Source: Reclinomonas americana ATCC 50394 (Eukaryota). Taken from it: DNA of 64,000 nucleotides. Of the stretch, positions 25,200 through 38,002 are shown in pieces. Within the stretch, counting starts at the first letter, position 1; each line of letters opens with the position of its first letter. The position numbers and the translations under genes were made by a program. The stretch is taken from the NCBI GenBank assembly GCA_048213135.1, contig PS015078.1, positions 45,309 to 109,308 on the forward strand, in the 5' to 3' direction. The notes under the pieces were generated by a model. That model made no database searches and was not told where the DNA came from. It worked only from the letters and a program-made list of their open reading frames with translations.

Positions 25200-28146
25200 A
25201 TGCCGCGCGATGCCAACCCGTTTCTGGCCGACGCAGTGTTGCAGGCGCGACCAGTGGACACTCTGCAGCAGCTGCTAGAGGTATGTGCGCGTGTGTGTGC
25301 TCTGTGCATGTGAGCCTGATTTGTTGCGCGTGCAGTGGAATGCAGATGTGTCTTACTGCGAGTGGCAAGTGGCCACGCGTGCATTGCGCAAGCCCACTGC
25401 GCACCCACCCCGATCGCCGTGCCAGAAGCTGCTTGTGTGCCACGATATGATGGGCGGGTGTGTGAACGATCAACATCAGCAATCGTTCATGCACACTTGT
25501 TCACTCGTGTGGCTCACCCTGCAGGTACCTTCCCGACGACGCGTTCGCGCAGGGATCGTCGAATCCACTAGCGTTTCACATGGATCACTTGTCGCTGGTG
25601 TCGACATTCATCTACTTTGCACATCGGTAACGATTCGAGTTGTCTCTCCGTGCGATCTGCCCGCTGCCTCCTGATCCAGGCTTGCATGACGCAGCTTCGT
25701 ATCACCGCCGCCCGTGTGCTGGACGAATGCAGCGCATACCGCCGGCTGTCACGCACTCGGCACCTTCATCGTGGAGGTTTGCTTCCTTGTCATCGAATGG
25801 CGCGTGAGGCTGGCACTCATTGTGTGTGATGACAGTGGGACGAAGGGAAGCGCAAGTTGAACGACATGCTGCATGGATGGTGGAGTGAGAGCGAGCAGCA
25901 GTTCTACGCCGGCGACCATCATCGTCGACTGCGTGGCGATCCGTCGACAGATCTGCAGCCGGCGTGGGTGGTCTGTGCGCACAAGTTGGCAGCCATGGTG
26001 AGGGTCTACCGCTTCGACGGCTTCTTTGTGAACATTGAGTGCGCACTGGACTCGGTCGACGATGCCGTAACGCTGCGCGACTTTGTGAAGCTGCTCAGCG
26101 AGTGCGTGGAGGCTGAGATTGAGGAGTTGCGACACGTGCGTGCGCGTGAAACACACGACACGGATGATCAAGGGTGAACAAACGCAGAGGACAGGTGCTG
26201 TGGTACGACTCGGTGACTGCGGCTGGTGAGCTGCGATGGCAGAACGCCCTTAACTCGCACAATCTCCTCTTTCACCAGGTGTGCAGCGGTGGCGGTCGAA
26301 ACCCCCATCGTGCCAGTTGTCTGTGCTGACTGTTCCCCTCCGTGGAGCAGGCCTGTGCTGGCACATTCCTGAACTACTTTTGGCGAGACCCCGAGCAACT
26401 GGTGAGCTCTGCTGCGTGTGCCAGAGAGGGCTGCACGCTGCCGAGCTCTGTGATGGCTGGCGTTGGTGTGTACACAATATTTCGGTTGTCTTGCGAGTGT
26501 GTATGCCTGGCGTCTCACGCAGTTGGTGTGGTGGCGCGTAGACGTGTTTGGTCGAGGAGCAGTTGCGTAGGCATCGCGCATATACGTGTATGAAGCTGCT
26601 GTTCTTATTCACACAGTGAGCAGTACGGTGGCGGTGGATTCAACACGCATGTGGCGGTGCGATGCGCATTGGAGCACTCGCTGTCTTCTGGTTTGCCTTT
26701 GTCGCTCTGTCGGTGGTTTTCGTGCATTGTCGTGACCACTCTCTCTTTCTCTGCCCGTGTGCAGCCATCTTTGCGCCTGGGTGGACGTACGAATCGCTGG
26801 ACGACAAGGCTGCGTTCTATCGCAATGATAAGCGTCTGTGGCTGGGAGTCGGCGCAGACGACCCCGAGCAATGGCGCGGTGAGAATGCTGTCCCGGCTTT
26901 GCGTTTCGTGCATCTCACCGTGTGCACACTGCAGCATTGCCCGTTGCTCGCCGTTGCTCTCCACGCGGCGCTACACACTGCCGTTTGCAACTTCATTTTG
27001 CAACGGAGTCGGCAACGCGTTCTACGTGGAAGGAGAGGTGAGTCGAATGGCAAGGCACAGCAAATTTTGTTGAGATGTTGATATTATGCGTGCGCAGTGT
27101 GTGTACGACGGTGGATGGTGCAATCTGAGCCAGGTGTGTGGATCTGTACTCTGCAGGATCGCCGTAGCACCCTCCCACACCCTTGCTGCACACAGGCCCA
27201 ACCACAAGCAGTCGACGCACTGCTTGACTCGCCGAGTGCGGGTGTCAGTGTGCATCTCAACGATGACCGGCATCCATACGACGGCGGCTCCGCATTGTCA
27301 TTCACAGTTTGTTGTATTGCTTTCATGCTTGCGCGTGTGAGTACACGTTTTCTGATGCGTGATGCAGGTCCAGCCAAACTGTGCTGCGGACACTCGGCTG
27401 TTCCGCTTCACCGAGAGACTCGTTGCCTCCGGCGTGGATGACGACTCGGACCTGGTCGTGCATTGTGTGTGGAAGACGACAGCTGGTGATGCTGACTTCT
27501 CGCTGTTGCTGCGCTTTGTCGACAATGCCGTCGAGTTGCCCGACTGCGTACAACTCGCCTGCAAGGGCGACGTCGCCGAATCGCACGCTGGCTGCCGTCA
27601 GTTGCCACCGAGTGCGTGTCACGAACTGCGACATGGCTGGTGTCGTCTGACGTGGACCACTCCACGACCGCCGAGCGGAACTGTGTTGGCTGATATTGCT
27701 GCGCGGGTTTGCAATCCGGGCGCCTCTGACGAGGCGAGGATCACCATCGGCGAGCTGTGCGTTACCACTCAGGCTGACGATGCGGTCGAGACACTGGAGG
27801 CCGTCCATGTCATCGTCACCACGGTCGACGAGTCGGCAAATGTGGTGGAAGTGCGGTACGTGGACTCTTGTGGCCAGCAGATGCACTCCCGACCCTCAAG
27901 TGGTGCCTCGTGAACAGATGGACCGATGCAAGCACGACTCCTGTGCAACATTGGGATGTGTGGGCCAAGACGAGTGACGAGCTGTCGCTGCGCTGGCTCG
28001 GACGAGCGTTTCAACCACGTCTGCGCACGCAGTTGCTCTTTGACACGAGCGACGAGTGGACGGTCGTCGTGCAACCGGTGGGAGAGAATGGACAGCTAAG
28101 ATCACTGGCCGACTGTGAGCGGTGGTCGCACGTGGTGAAGCGATGA
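25200..28146 (+). CDS. ENGASE: Cytosolic endo-beta-N-acetylglucosaminidase (GH85)
   Basis: LLVCHDMMGGY, WTNAAH..LGTFIVEWDEG, FDGFFVNIE (catalytic N-x-E), VLWYDSVT..GELRWQNALN, FLNYFW, DVFGRG.YGGGGF, AIFAPGWTYE. Confidence 0.93.
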
Positions 28147-28173
28147 AACTGCGTATATTGTTGCAATTCAGGA

Positions 28174-29842
28174 TCAGATCAGATCGCGCATGTCGAGGGG
28201 ACCGTGCGCGGCAAACACATCGAGCGCTGCATCAAGTGCATCGCTGTCACGTTCCTCGTTCTTCAGCTCGCCCAGCAGTCGCAGCTGAGGCGCCCGACGG
28301 TGCGCCGAGTACAGCATGACCAGGCCGTGCATGGTGATGGTGCCCCACGGAATGGAGGTGTCCGACGCGGCCGACTCGAGCACCTCCACTGTGGCGCAGC
28401 CGTCGCGGACCTGCACGCGGTATGCACCATTGTTCTCCGGGATGACTTCGTCATTGTCGATGCACAGGCCAAACGTGCCGGAGAATGCACGTGGATATCC
28501 TGTGCCAACAAACATGAATAGACGACGACAGAGAAAGAGAGAGCAGCACAACAACAACCGACCTCGCTGCTCCAGAGCCGCCTTCACATCGAGTACCGCC
28601 ATCATGTAGTAACACATGAAGACGCCCGCTGCGGCGACACAAGAGGGTGAGTGCGGTGAAGCAAAGGGAGACCACCTCGCTCCTCGTGTACGACAAACCT
28701 GACACGGTCAGTTCACAAATCTCCGGAGCGTAGTCCGAGACCGGATCCAACGGCTTGCCGTACCATCGCACGTGGCTAGCCATCGGGTAGTGCGAGGCGA
28801 CAATGTCCACCAAGCGCGTCAGCGCATCGCGCGACAGATACGCAATGTCGACGATTTCCACCTTGGCTCGGTCTTCGCCGTTGAGCTCGGCGGCGCGGAA
28901 AAAGATGTAGCCGTCCCACACCTCACGCTGTGAGCCATCCTCGGCCGTCTCGTTGTGGTACACCACGTTGCCGATGTTCTCGTGTCCGCGCAGACGCAGC
29001 TGGCGGCGCCAGACGAATCGATTGCGCGCAACAGCCTGCAAAGCTCGGAGTAAGATAGTGCATGTGGAGGTGGAGATCAGCAGGGGCGAGTACGCACGCC
29101 ATTGATGTTGATGGCGTAGCGCTCGTACAGCGCCTGCGCCTGTGCCATGTCCTCCTCATCGGCCTCAAAGTCGCCATCACTCGTGCCGAGTTTCCGACGA
29201 CGGAAAAGGCGGGTCCGCATGCGCTCCCGCAGAGCACGACCGCACGACGGCAACGCAGCCAGTGGCATGGTGGTCTCGCAGCGAACGCCCACCACGTGGA
29301 AGCCCGCGGAGCGACTGCAGCCACCACACACGTCAGCGATGATTGGTGAATGATCATCGTCGCTACGCAACTAGAGTGGCGTCGTCAGCGGCACCAGCAT
29401 CGCCAGCGGTCCCCACTCGCGCATCTCCCGCATGCTCCGTCGCAGCAGGTCCCTGGCCAGACCAAGACCACGGTACTCGCTCTCCAACGACACCGCCGTC
29501 ACACCCGTCATTCCCACTCGACGACCGCCCAGATACACATCCATGTGCGGCGACATTCCCAGCCCGCCCACCACTTGCCCGTCATCGCCACGAATGAACC
29601 GCAGGTTCTCGTGGCCTTGAAGCAGCCATCGATATGAGCACACGAGAAAGAGAGAGAGGATGTTCGGAAACAAAACATACACACTGACCAAGCTCTCGAT
29701 GCCACTTGCGAACGTTGGCGCCCCACTCTGGCTCGATTGCAAACGCGTGGGTGCAGGCCTCGGCGAAACGCTCATAGTCCTCTCGCTTCTGCTTCTCCTC
29801 TGCAGACAGCTCGGCCTGCTCACTGCTCGCCGACGAAGCCAT
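28174..29842 (-). CDS. Eis-like tandem GNAT acetyltransferase with C-terminal SCP2-like domain
   Basis: GVTAVSLESEYRGLGLARDLLRRSM (acetyl-CoA motif A), PLYRSAGF, MAVLDVKAALEQRGYP, IDNDEVIPENNGAYRV and ITMHGLVMLYS match bacterial Eis architecture. Confidence 0.85.
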
Positions 29843-29903
29843 AATGACAAAAATAAGTCCGGTTGTCCTCCGCAGCTTCTTCCCTTACCTCCTTCAGTCG
29901 TCC

Positions 29904-32900
29904 ATGTGGGCCGCTCTTACACGACGGCTGTTCAGCAGCAGCAGTGTGCGACCGCCATTGCCGGGCTCCATTGCCCCAAGTTTCGCTAGAACGCGACTCT
30001 GCATGCATCTTTCTCTCTCACACTCGCTTGCATTGCCAGTGATGGCCCTGGAGCATCGACGAACGCACTTGTGCGGAGTGCTGCGTGGCAGTGCAGAGTA
30101 CGTGGATCGCTCAGTGCGACTGTGCGGTTTCGTGGATCGTGTGCGACAGATGAGTCCAACGCTGAGCTTTGTGGTGCTGCGAGATGCGTCGGGAACAGTG
30201 CAACTGGTGTGGGAGCCAGAGTTACGCTGCGATTGATCACTCTCTCTGTATGTGTGTGTATGCACATGCTGAAGGAGACGAGTGCAGGAAGCTGGGTGAT
30301 GCGCCGAATGTGGAGAGCTCGGTGAGTGTGCGTGGAGTGGTGCGGAAGCGACCGGAGGGACAGGATCGAGGTGCGACACAGCAGACTGGCGATGTGGAGG
30401 TTGTCGTCAACGAGTGTGCGGTGTTGAATGCACCGGCCACTGCGTTGCCAGTGAAACGCCACACAGACGATGTTGCGTGGCAAGAAAACAGCGGGTGGCG
30501 TCGTGTTGTGTTCTCACGTGCGATGCAGACTGGTGAGGAGTTGCGTCTGCGGCACCGGCATTTGGATCTGCGGCGACCTGTGATGCAGCAGCGTTTGCAG
30601 CTGCGTTCCGATGCAGGTTCGTGTCTCTTGTACGCACGCACGCATGCAGCCGGTGACGCGCTGACGAACCGGCAGCTCGCATCATGCGTGAGTGTTTGCA
30701 TCGAGACGGATTCACGGAGATCGAGCTGCCGACGCTGTTTCGTTCCACACCCGAAGGAGCGCGTGAGTTTCTCGTGCCCACCCGTCACCGGTGAGCGTGT
30801 GGAATGTGAGATATGCACAGCGTCTTTTTCCATGCCACTCATGTGTCGGAGCTTGTTGGCAGCAATCGTTTCTACGCGCTGGCACAGAGTCCGCAGCAGT
30901 ACAAGCAACTGCTGATGGCCGGTGGCGTGAATCGATACTACTCGCTGGCTCGCTGCTACCGCGACGAAGGAGGGCGAGCCGATCGGCAGCCCGAGTTCAC
31001 GCAGGTCGATCTTGAAATGTCGTTTGCTACGGCCGACGATGTGTGTGGGGTGGTGGAGCGAGCGCTGCGCACGTTGTGGAAGCAGACGCTCAATGTGGAC
31101 TTGCCGGATCCGTTCCCCGTGCTGTCGTACCGAAGNNNNNNNNNNNNNNNNNNNNNNNNNNNNNNNNNNNNNNNNNNNNNNNNNNNNNNNNNNNNNNNNN
31201 NNNNNNNNNNNNNNNNNNNNNNNNNNNNNNNNNNNNNNNNNNNNNNNNNNNNNNNNNNNNNNNNNNNNNNNNNNNNNNNNNNNNNNNNNNNNNNNNNNNN
31301 NNNNNNNNNNNNNNNNNNNNNNNNNNNNNNNNNNNNNNNNTGCTATGCGTCGGTTCGGCATCGACAAGCCGGATGTGCGGTACGGACTGGAGTTGCAGGA
31401 TGTCGGTGCTGTGCTGGCCGACAGCGATGCACTGGGACGCCCGCCGCGTGCCTTTGCGCTGCGCGTGCCACACCTCGGCGCCGTGCTGAAGCCTGCCGAT
31501 CTGCGCAAAATGCTGGAGACTGCGGCTCCCGGGGCCACCGCCATCGAAGGACGTGACTCGGCGGTGCAGCTGGCCACCGGTGACCAGCTGCTGCTGAGCA
31601 CTGTGCGCACGGGGGACGGGCGGTGGAAGTCACCACTGGCTCCTCGTGAGCAGGCACAAATCACGGCGGCGCTCGGCGTGCAGCCGGGCGATTTTGTGGC
31701 CGTGGGAGTGTGCTCGTCAAAGGCGACCGAGGACGCCGACGAGGACGCAATTCTGAACAGCCTCGGCCGCATTCGCATCGCGNNNNNNNNNNNNNNNNNN
31801 NNNNNNNNNNNNNNNNNNNNNNNNNNNNNNNNNNNNNNNNNNNNNNNNNNNNNNNNNNNNNNNNNNNNNNNNNNNNNNNNNNNNNNNNNNNNNNNNNNNN
31901 NNNNNNNNNNNNNNNNNNNNNNNNNNNNNNNNNNNNNNNNNNNNNNNNNNNNNNNNNNNNNNNNNNNNNNNNNNNNNNNNNNNNNNNNNNNNNNNNNNNN
32001 NNNNNNNNNNNNNNNNNNNNNNNNNNNNNNNNNNNNNNNNNNNNNNNNNNNNNNNNNNNNNNNNNNNNNNNNNNNNNNNNNNNNNNNNNNNNNNNNNNNN
32101 NNNNNNNNNNNNNNNNNNNNNNNNNNNNNNNNNNNNNNNNNNNNNNNNNNNNNNNNNNNNNNNNNNNNNNNNNNNNNNNNNNNNNNNNNNNNNNNNNNNN
32201 NNNNNNNNNNNNNNNNNNNNNNNNNNNNNNNNNNNNNNNNNNNNNNNNNNNNNNNNNNNNNNNNNNNNNNNNNNNNNNNNNNNNNNNNNNNNNNNNNNNN
32301 NNNNNNNNNNNNNNNNNNNNNNNNNNNNNNNNNNNNNNNNNNNNNNNNNNNNNNNNNNNNNNNNNNNNNNNNNNNNNNNNNNNNNNNNNNNNNNNNNNNN
32401 NNNNNNNNNNNNNNNNNNNNNNNNNNNNNNNNNNNNNNNNNNNNNNNNNNNNNNNNNNNNNNNNNNNNNNNNNNNNNNNNNNNNNNNNNNNNNNNNNNNN
32501 NNNNNNNNNNNNNNNNNNNNNNNNNNNNNNNNNNNNNNNNNNNNTGTGCCAACGCACTCGTGTCGCACGGACAGCTGCAGGTGCCGAGCGACAAGTTTGA
32601 GTTTCTGTGGGTCCGCGATTTCCCGCTCTTCAACTACGCCGACCAAAATGAGCTCGTCACGCGCGGTGAGTGAGGTGAAAAGGAAAAAGGGACAGCCCAC
32701 CTTGTGTGCGTGCACTCACTCATTCTCCCACAGGCCGTGCCTACGAGAGCGCTCATCACCCGTTCACATCGCCGCATCCGGACGATGTTGCACTCCTGGC
32801 CGACCCCCGCTCCACGCGCAAGATTCGTGGCCTCCACTACGACGTGGTGGTGAATGGCATGGAAGTTGGTGGCGGCTCGGTGCGAAACCACTGTCCGCAT

Positions 32901-33288
32901 TTGCAGCAGTACATTTTCGAGCATGTGCTCGGCGTCGATTCGTCGCAGTTTGCGCACTTGGTTTCGGCACTGGGGCACGGCACTCCGCCACACGCCGGTC
33001 TGGCCATTGGCTTTGGTGAGAGGGCGGGAGGGGCGGGCAGCGGGGGTGGCACTCTCTGTGCCTTACCATGGATTGCACAGATCGTCTGTGTGCCATTCTC
33101 ACGGCGGCACCGAGCATTCGCGACGTCATTGCTTTCCCCAAGAGCACTGTGGGTCAGGATCTGCTCAGCGGCGCACCATCCGAAGTGTCTGAGGTGCGAT
33201 TGTGGTCATCCTGGTTTCTCACTCTCCTCCGCTCACTGTAATTGCTCGACAGGAGGCACTGCGAGAATACCACATTCAAGTCCGATGA
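29904..33288 (+). CDS. DARS2: Mitochondrial (bacterial-type) aspartyl-tRNA synthetase; contains two N gaps
   Basis: Presequence-like [14 protein letters not shown], then [117 protein letters not shown] and IRDVIAFPK. Confidence 0.96.
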
Positions 33289-33324
33289 GTGGAAACACAA
33301 AACGCCTTTTCATTAAGGTTAACG

Positions 33325-36300
33325 CTACGAGAGTTTGACGACAAGATTATAGATGTTGAGACCGAATGCGACCACGATCCACGAAATGATGACCCACGTC
33401 CAGAACTTGTGCTTGAACGGTGACATGACTACGTAGCACCTACAATGTGAGTACACACGCTCACGCACACACATACGCGGGCACGCCATGCTACGTAACG
33501 TGGATTGACGGCACGGCCGGCAAACGTCTTCTCCGTCCACCTGTGTAGCAGAAATAACACGATGAGAGACGCACAAGAGGAGGCCGTGTGGAGCAGCAAC
33601 ACGGAACCTTCGTGACATGATGACCAGCATGAGCGGCACGATAAACTCGATACCGAGGCCCGGAAAAGAGCCTGCGCGGGATGGCACTTAAAGAGTCAGG
33701 ACGGGTGCATGCAGGGAATGACAGGTAGACACGAAGGCACGCACCAGTGATATCGACCAACAGCTCCATGTTGCGCGTGGCAAACGCAATGGCGATACCC
33801 GGCACACTCGCCAAGATCGGAAACACAATGCGCTTCCACAGAGCCGGCTTGGAGCGGTGGCCATCCTCTGCAGCGCAAGGGAGCTTGTCAGTACATTCGA
33901 ATACACATGGAATCAGAAGCAAGCAGAGACCCGCTCGTAACTGGAGAATAGCTGGTACAGGTTGTTGCGCAACGTCACGGCAATAATCGGGTAGTTCTGC
34001 GGCACCACAGAGTGAGCATACACACACATGTGTGTGGACGACTCAATGCCCTGCATTCTCATCGCACCGTCCTGCGGGCAAGAAGACAGTAAGACAACAA
34101 GCTCAGCGCGCGCAACTCATCTGCGAGACAGACGCACCAGCACACAAAGCACGGGTACAAGGCAATAAAGTAGGAAATCGGCTTCACGTCTGGAGACGGT
34201 GATGAGCGACAACAGCAAAGCACAATCTTGGAAAACAAGTGCACGGCAGCGCACCATATGAGATGAACTGCACATGTAGATGTGTCGCCACGAGCATGCA
34301 GGTGAGTGAATAGATCTACCGCAGACGAGCAAGAACACTGCGCAACATTTTCCGTGTAAGGAGCCTGTTCACACAATGAGGAGTCAGCAGGCAAGGCAAG
34401 TGTGCGCACGCACTCATGTGAGCATGACACGCACCTGGATCATGCACGGGTGCGAGTCTGTCGAATCGCAGTTGGCGTAGGAGATTTCTCCTGCACATCC
34501 CGCACATGAGCATCTATCCTCTCCTTAGGCCAACGACAACGTGCACACACACACCGAACGCAAACATGGCCGAGTAGCTAAGCAGGTTGTAGCTAATGTA
34601 GACGGCACCGGCGACCATCAGATACAGCCACGATATCCGCTTCTTGTTGCCGATCGGCGTGACAATCGACGGCAGACTGTGGTGGCACATGAAACTGTAC
34701 ACGGCCACGCCAAACAGCTGCGGCAGGTGTCTGCGAGCCGCAAAAAGGAAAAACCACCATCAGTGTACAATTCCCATCACAAGGTGAGTGCCGGTAACGC
34801 GCCATGCGCAACTTGATGGAGAACACTGGCAACTCCTTCGGGTTGGCACCCTGGCCTTCGCCAATGAAAATGAACGCCAAGATGATCATGCTGGCGACGA
34901 AGCACGGAGTCAGTGAGGAACTCGAAAGGTATGGACGTAGACTGTCGGTACGCAACAGCAGGAATGCGAGAAGACGGACGGTCAGCGTGAACAGCTGCAA
35001 CCACTTGGTCTTCCGCAGATCGAAGAACACAAATGCTGCACAGAATGCATAAGAGGCAGGTCAGTTGTCACCGTGCACACGATGCGGATGGAGCGCACTG
35101 ACAGTGACGCACGACATGTGAGCACCGCGAACACGGCCAAGTACACGTAGTACGAGTCGTGCGTGTTGAGACCCAGGAACGGAATGCCTCCGGTCAATGC
35201 GGCCAGCGAATGAGGCACCACTGTGGCAAAAATCAGTCACGAAGCGAAGACGTGACGCAGCAAGTTCACAGTCATACGCACCGATGCCGTAGATGGCCAA
35301 GTCGCGTGCGCAGCGCAAACCACCAGTCAGCATTCCATCACCAAACGCCAGAGAGAATGAAGTTACGTATCATAGAGGTACACAATGAGGCAGGCGTAGA
35401 ACAGCTTGGCACCCCACGGCGTGAAGAACATCTCCGCCGCCATGCCCATCTCCACACGGTGGGTGATGGCAAACGGGCCCTTGTTGGGATTGCTGCCGCC
35501 CTTGTTGACACGTGGGATCAGTTGCGATCCCTCATCGTAATCATCCGGTGGTCCCGGTGCACCGCGCGCCATGCTTCGCAACGTGATGACAACAGTGTGA
35601 GACACAGGCACTGCCACCAACAATGGACGAGAGCGCGCAACATGGCCGGCTTGTCCAGTGGCAGTGTGCCAGCGCCCCCACTCGATCCAATCTGCACATG
35701 TACCGCCGCCTCCTCCGACTGAGACCCACGCACACAATCTCCTCTTCTACATGCGATTGTGCGGAATAAGTACCTCACTCTGATGCGCAAGGAACGCATT
35801 GCCAGCGGCCATGGCCTCAATCATATAGGACACAGTGATCAAGCTGATGATAATCAGTCAGTCACATGACACGCAGTGAGCGAGCGCGATGCACAGAGAC
35901 GCAACGCGAGGAACACGACCAAGGCAAGGAACAGTGGCGACAAGACCTGCAGTCACAGAATGAGAGGGAAGAGAGAGTGTGTTGCAAACAAAAGAGTGTG
36001 CGACATGTCCAAACCGATCCTGTGTGTGCAAGCGCATGTGAGCAAGAGTGGGATATATGTAAAGAGACAGAGAAGCACGTACCAGCGTCTTTGAAGGCCA
36101 GCGGAAGAGCAAGTGCTCCAGTGCCTGGGATGCGAAGTGCATTGAGTATCACATTCTCCGCACAAGGAGGCAAGAGTGCTGCACTCTTTCTCTCTCTCGC
36201 ACACACACACACACACATGCACTCTCTCGCTCTCTCTCTCTCTCTCTCTCTGTGGCACACACCGACAATCAAGTTGAAGCTATACATGAACCCGCTCAGC

Positions 36301-36365
36301 TTCGAGTAGTGGTGTGTCTCCACTGGCGGAGTAGGCACTGCCTGCTCATCCTCTCCAAGTGCCAT
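33325..36365 (-). CDS. TMEM104-like amino-acid transporter family protein
   Basis: YSFNLIVGTGALALPLAF, YMIEAMAAGNA, FAITHRVEMGMAAEMFF, IVYLY..DLAIY, FFDLRKTKWLQ, VYSFMCHHSLPSIVTPI and SPFKHKFW. Confidence 0.9.
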
Positions 36366-36768
36366 TCTCCCCGCACACACGCGCGCGCTTTCAACTCACG
36401 CAAAAAGGAAGAACAAAGGTGAGGACCAATGCAATGCGTTCATCTTTTTTCTGACTTCAGAGGCGTTCTTTCACCGACTCCTGTAGCAGAGAGTATGGAA
36501 AGGCATTTTAACGTACTGTTATCCACCAGGAAAGCGCAACAGAACTGCGTGGAATTCTCACGATCTCGACGTCGACGTCGCCTTCGAAGTCTTCAGTTTT
36601 TCGACATCCACACTTGCCGCACTGGGCACTGCCACGACTGCTCATTTACCACTGTGAGACTGCGGTGGAGCAGTTGAGGCACTGCAGAACGCCTTCTTTC
36701 CGTATTGTGTCCCACGTCGCTGACCGTTGCCACGTTTTTTCGCGGATCGAGGAGAGAAGAGAGAGAAA

Positions 36769-37907
36769 ATGATGGAGGGTCTGGTACAAGAGTTCTCCAG
36801 TCGAGTGAAGGAGCTAAAGACCATGGTGTTGCTGCGCTCAGAAGGCACGTTCTTTCCAGCGCCCTCTCTCGTTGTCTTACTGGTCAACTCATTCTGTGAC
36901 TGCAGATCCCTCTGAGGCATGCATGGCGCTGGCGGAGGTTGCCTCTGCGCTCTCACAAGTCGAGCATGCGTTTGTGGAACTTCGTGACCGGTTGGCCGAG
37001 GAGCAGAGCAAGCATCGACCAGACTTCCTGGCACTGGCTGAGCGACAGAATGAGTACACGCGCTCGATGCAGGCCAACTTGCCTGCGCGTCTGCCGAGTT
37101 GCGCCCATCCCTCACCTCCTGCTTAGCCTCAAGCATTCATGCTCACTCTGTCTCCTTCTCCTTCTCATCGTGCAGGCAGCAGTGCCATTCCAACGAGCAC
37201 ACCTCATCCGGGTGACATTGCGTTTGGTGGCAGCTCATCCATCACGACCACAACCACCACAACCACCACAGCTTCAGCAGCAGCGACACCTGCTGCTCAT
37301 GTACTGGGCGATGTGACTGCGGCCAACGACAACAAGCGAGTGGCGATTGACGAGCCGGTCGATGCACCGGCGCAGAAGCGGAAGAAGCGGCCATCGTCGG
37401 GTGCGTGAGCTCGTCTCCTCCCCAGTCGCTTCATCACTGGCTCACGTGTGACACTAGGAGAGGATGCTGTGCCGCCGATTGCCTATGTCGGTAACAGCGA
37501 GGTGGAGGCTGTGCCAGCGTACATGCGCGGTCGAGCCACCTACGACAAGGTCAACGCAGTGATTGATCAGGTGCTGCCGTTTGTGCGCGCCAAGTACGCA
37601 CTCATGGCCAAGCCGTTTGCCAAGCTGAACAAGAAGGAGACTGCCATGTACAAGGTGCGCTGCGTCTTCCTTCCCTCCCGCCTTCACTGTAGATGCCAAC
37701 GATTCGGGGGCACAGAAATTCCTGGATGATGACCTGCCGGAACTGAAGGGCAAATTCTTCTTCACCGAGGAGGACCTGAAGAGCATTCCCAGCTACAAGG
37801 TCGATGCCACTGGCAAGGCCATCTTCCAGGTGCTGCGGACTCTGGGCAGACTACGCGAAGTGCGTGGCAAGGGTGCTGTGCGATACGTTATTGTGACGCC
37901 CGAGTAA
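36769..37907 (+). CDS. SKA1: Spindle and kinetochore-associated protein 1 (Ska1)
   Basis: N-terminal coiled coil ending NLPARLP, then VPAYMRGRATYDKVNAVID, KGKFFFTEEDLK and GKAIFQVLRTLGRLREVRG of the microtubule-binding domain. First intron is GC-AG (36845-36905). Confidence 0.92.
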
Positions 37908-38002
37908 ACCACACTCGTTACGACAGAGAAGAAGCTGTATTACTATGTTTGCAGCAGCAAGACACGATTACGGAAGAACAAGGGGGAGAACGAAGTGACA
38001 CA

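Noticed and set aside
29371-29371. Reading the GTTGCG donors as non-canonical TT-AG introns (G|TTGCGT)
   Set aside because: Keeping the G in the exon creates a TAG stop in the Eis gene and breaks frames or conserved motifs elsewhere (e.g. RYLRAR), so cleavage must be before GT.
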